Source: Penicillus capitatus (taxonomy: Eukaryota > Plantae > Chlorophyta). From it: DNA of 64,000 nt. The stretch lies in assembly GCA_965649825.1 (NCBI GenBank), contig OZ287695.1, forward strand, positions 248,001-312,000, given 5' to 3'. Below the pieces are notes generated by a model. It did no database searches and was not told where the DNA came from. It was given only the letters and a program-made list of their open reading frames with translations. Shown one piece after another: positions 61,586-64,000 of this stretch (its first letter is position 1; each line of letters opens with the position of its first letter). A program made the position numbers and the translations under genes.

Positions 61586-62080
61586 TTCACAAGCGCAGCG
61601 GAAGTCTTGGAAATAGAATGAGTGATGAGCGGTTCTTGAGGGGTTAGCGACGTTTTGGGAAGTTCAGAGGTTGCAGCCAAGAGACAACTGGTTACAACTG
61701 AGAAGTAGACAGCGAATGTTTTGACGGATTGTATGTGATTCAGAACACAAGTGTAAACTTTGATGTTTTAAACGAAAGGTGTTTTATGTGTCTGAGCCCT
61801 GCTTAAATACTCCGACCCCGATGTGACGACAGGAAAATCAGCTGAACTTCAAGAGTGAGTTCGCAATGAGGTTCCCAATGAGGCTAGGATATTCAGTATG
61901 AACTTCTAGAAGTTTCCTAGGAACTTCTCAGGAACTCGCTCCCAGTCACCATGACTTGTTTGCGACTCAGCAGTGACGGTTACGTCGCACCGCCAAAGAC
62001 GCGACAAGTGCTAAGTGACAGAAATGTCACCATTACAGAGACGTCCCATCACCGTTCCCTCAGAATTGCGCCATTCTTTC
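61586..62080 (-). promoter_or_regulatory. Dispersed upstream module, instance V, with TATTTAA (61803-61809) and perfect HSE TTCtaGAAgtTTC (61904-61916)
   Basis: Read directly. Confidence 0.55.
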
Positions 62081-62584
62081 ACAGTTGGGATTCTCTTAAC
62101 CTTATGTCTAAAGGTTGAAAACTTCAGCCGACGCTCGGCAACCATCGTCCGACCGTTATTGGCGAGGCAGGTCGGAGGCGAACACCCGTCGCGACCGATA
62201 GTCAGCGCGCCAGGTGGTTACGCGTCGCTCTAACCGTTCGAGATGGCTGCGTCGAGCGACACGACGTCTGCATCTCTGACAAAATGTCAGAAATGTCAGA
62301 GGATGGCTTCAAGTATTACAGAGCGATGGTATCTACAGGTTCACATTCGCGTATCTGTATGCATGCTGTGACTTGACATGTTAGTCATCTGCCTTTCAAA
62401 GCTATAGAAAAGGAACCCTGAGGTGACGTAAACCTCACATAACTGCCCCTTCGGAGACAGAACCGTTGAAAATCTAGGCAGTCACGATTTGACAACCAGA
62501 TCCTTCCGACAAGGAGATTTGTCTGATCTTATTTTTTTAAGATCTCGTTTTCTCTGTAAAACTTTCAGCGCGAAAACGAGAACG

Positions 62585-63692
62585 CGATGGAAACCTTGCC
62601 GGTTGTATGGCACGGTCCGCACCTGGTCTTTTCCATCCCCTTCTCGTAGCTCCACCCCGTCGGACGGAACCCGACGACGTGCGAGTAGCGACTCCCGTAC
62701 TTCAAAATCAGCTGCGCCGACTCCGCCGTCACCTTCCACAGGGCAATTTGCGAGCCAGCACCGTCTCGAGGCGGCCTACCCCCGCCGACTCACCGCATGG
62801 AGGTTCGTCGCTTCGTGGTCTGCCGTGAGCAAGGCCCTGTCATCCGCGCCCAGATCCAAGCAGTTCATCGACGCCATCTTGTCGCGGCTGACGTAGACAG
62901 GTTTCTTGGCTCTCCTCGCAACCTGCGGCGGAGATCCACTTTGGATTCGAGACAGAAGGAGCACGTGCCTCCAGAAATGTCGGTCTGGTCGTGTGGTACC
63001 ACTAGATGGTCCGCCGTCTGATTGTCGAGAAAGCGGTCGATCCTCCGATTCCGGTCGGTGTGATGGGCCGGCCTCGTTCGAGATATTACCCCGTTCTTCT
63101 TGTACGGAGCTTCGCCTGGACTCGTAGAGTCCGGCGTTGTGCACCACCTGTTCAGCACCCCGTTGAAACAGGTCGGAGGCGTCCACACTCCGGCGCTCTC
63201 CCTCTCGCCAAAACCTGAGTGCCGAGACGTAGGGCGAATCCCGGTACAACGGTGGGTATGGGACAGCTGCGTGCGAAACTGAGCGTTGCGCGTCGTCGTC
63301 AGCCAGGCTGAAAGTTGCACGAAATCCTTACAAAGCTAAACGAGTTCAGAGCGTCTCCCTTTATCCTCCCCGAACGATGTGACCCTCACAACTGGTGAGT
63401 CACCCACCGCCCCGAACCAGAGAATCATGGCCCCCCAACGCCTGAAACCCTCTTTGACAAGACTTGAAGCGCCCCTTGACGACGTGCACCCCTCGCCAGC
63501 CAGACAGTCCCCTCCCTCGTTTCCCCTCCCTATTCGGGCCAACATGATCCCATTATGGTGCCGTCTCTTCATCTTGCCGACAAGAAACAGGCGCTCCTTG
63601 CCGATGCCATAGGTTCCGAAGAGGAAGAGCGTCTCGGGATGGAAGATCTCGGCCAGAATGGCATCGCAGACGTACTGGACGACGTCATTCTG
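62585..63692 (-). pseudogene. Internal fragment of the SNM1 gene (copy of about 45275-45770), intron retained, split by LTR B
   Basis: High identity to the parent either side of the insertion (DVVQYVCDA..FGTYGIGKERLFL; VARRA..PVYVSRDK..GFRPTGWSYEKG); no 5' MBL or SAM part. Confidence 0.9.
62978..63582 (-). mobile_element. Solo LTR B (605 bp) with 5-bp target-site duplication AGAAA
   Basis: AGAAA 62973-62977 and 63583-63587; perfect TGTCGG...CCGACA termini; the parent SNM1 gene has a single AGAAA at the empty site (about 45664-45668). Confidence 0.9.
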
Positions 63693-64000
63693 TAAAAAAG
63701 AAGGCAAAACAGAGTTGTTTTTTTCTTCCTTTTAACGCCTGTTGAATTATTCACGACTCAACGAATCGGTTTGCGCGACGACAACTTCGTGCCGTTTAAG
63801 ATGACGTTAGGCTGTTTCTCTACGAGTAAGATGAAGATGACGAGGATCCCAAGACGCGCCGAGTATGACGATGATGACTTGAGTGCATGACTCGAACAAA
63901 TGTGCATGTTCAACGCACAAAAAGAAATATTAGAAAGGACATGGAGATAGCAACAGAACGGTGTCTATGCATGCACACAGAAGTGCAAACAATAACGTTA

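Noticed and set aside
1-64000. Prokaryotic or endosymbiont origin of the contig, RNA genes, autonomous transposon ORFs
   Set aside because: Spliceosomal introns throughout and eukaryote-specific genes (UBC12, PET100, CCDC81-like); no tRNA, rRNA, RT, integrase or transposase motifs seen.

Overview
Eukaryotic nuclear DNA from a compact genome (standard code, mostly 45-55 nt GT-AG introns, a few GC-AG). The gene set (plant-type PET100, At1g06200-like S26 peptidase, SAM-SNM1, RluA-type pseudouridine synthase, CCDC81-like, trypsins, Pmp-repeat/TRP-like membrane protein) suggests a green alga; this is inference, not an identification. Tightly packed core-gene blocks (1-4 kb, 18.7-28.2 kb, 42.9-47 kb) alternate with repeat-rich accessory DNA. 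The accessory DNA holds three paralogous two-exon NLR-like genes (about 500-aa helical N-terminal domain, NACHT, 37-aa HEAT array of 7, 17 and 22 units, conserved cap). Their 111-nt repeats are homogenised except at a few hypervariable codons, like a fungal-type diversifying receptor system. Two copies lie in a ~10 kb segmental duplication. Other notable items: a PET100 ORF overlapping the start of the downstream 3-beta-HSD CDS on the same strand (candidate bicistron); two solo LTRs with 5-bp TSDs that appear to carry conserved protein-coding sequence; a repeated TATA + heat-shock-element promoter module upstream of small 'MSxxGD' ORFs; an intron-containing membrane-anchored tandem bacterial-type sugar-binding protein; a Ser-to-Pro trypsin pseudoprotease probably fused to ankyrins; and an SDR with FxxxK in place of YxxxK. 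Exon models were derived by hand; repeat and duplication boundaries are approximate.
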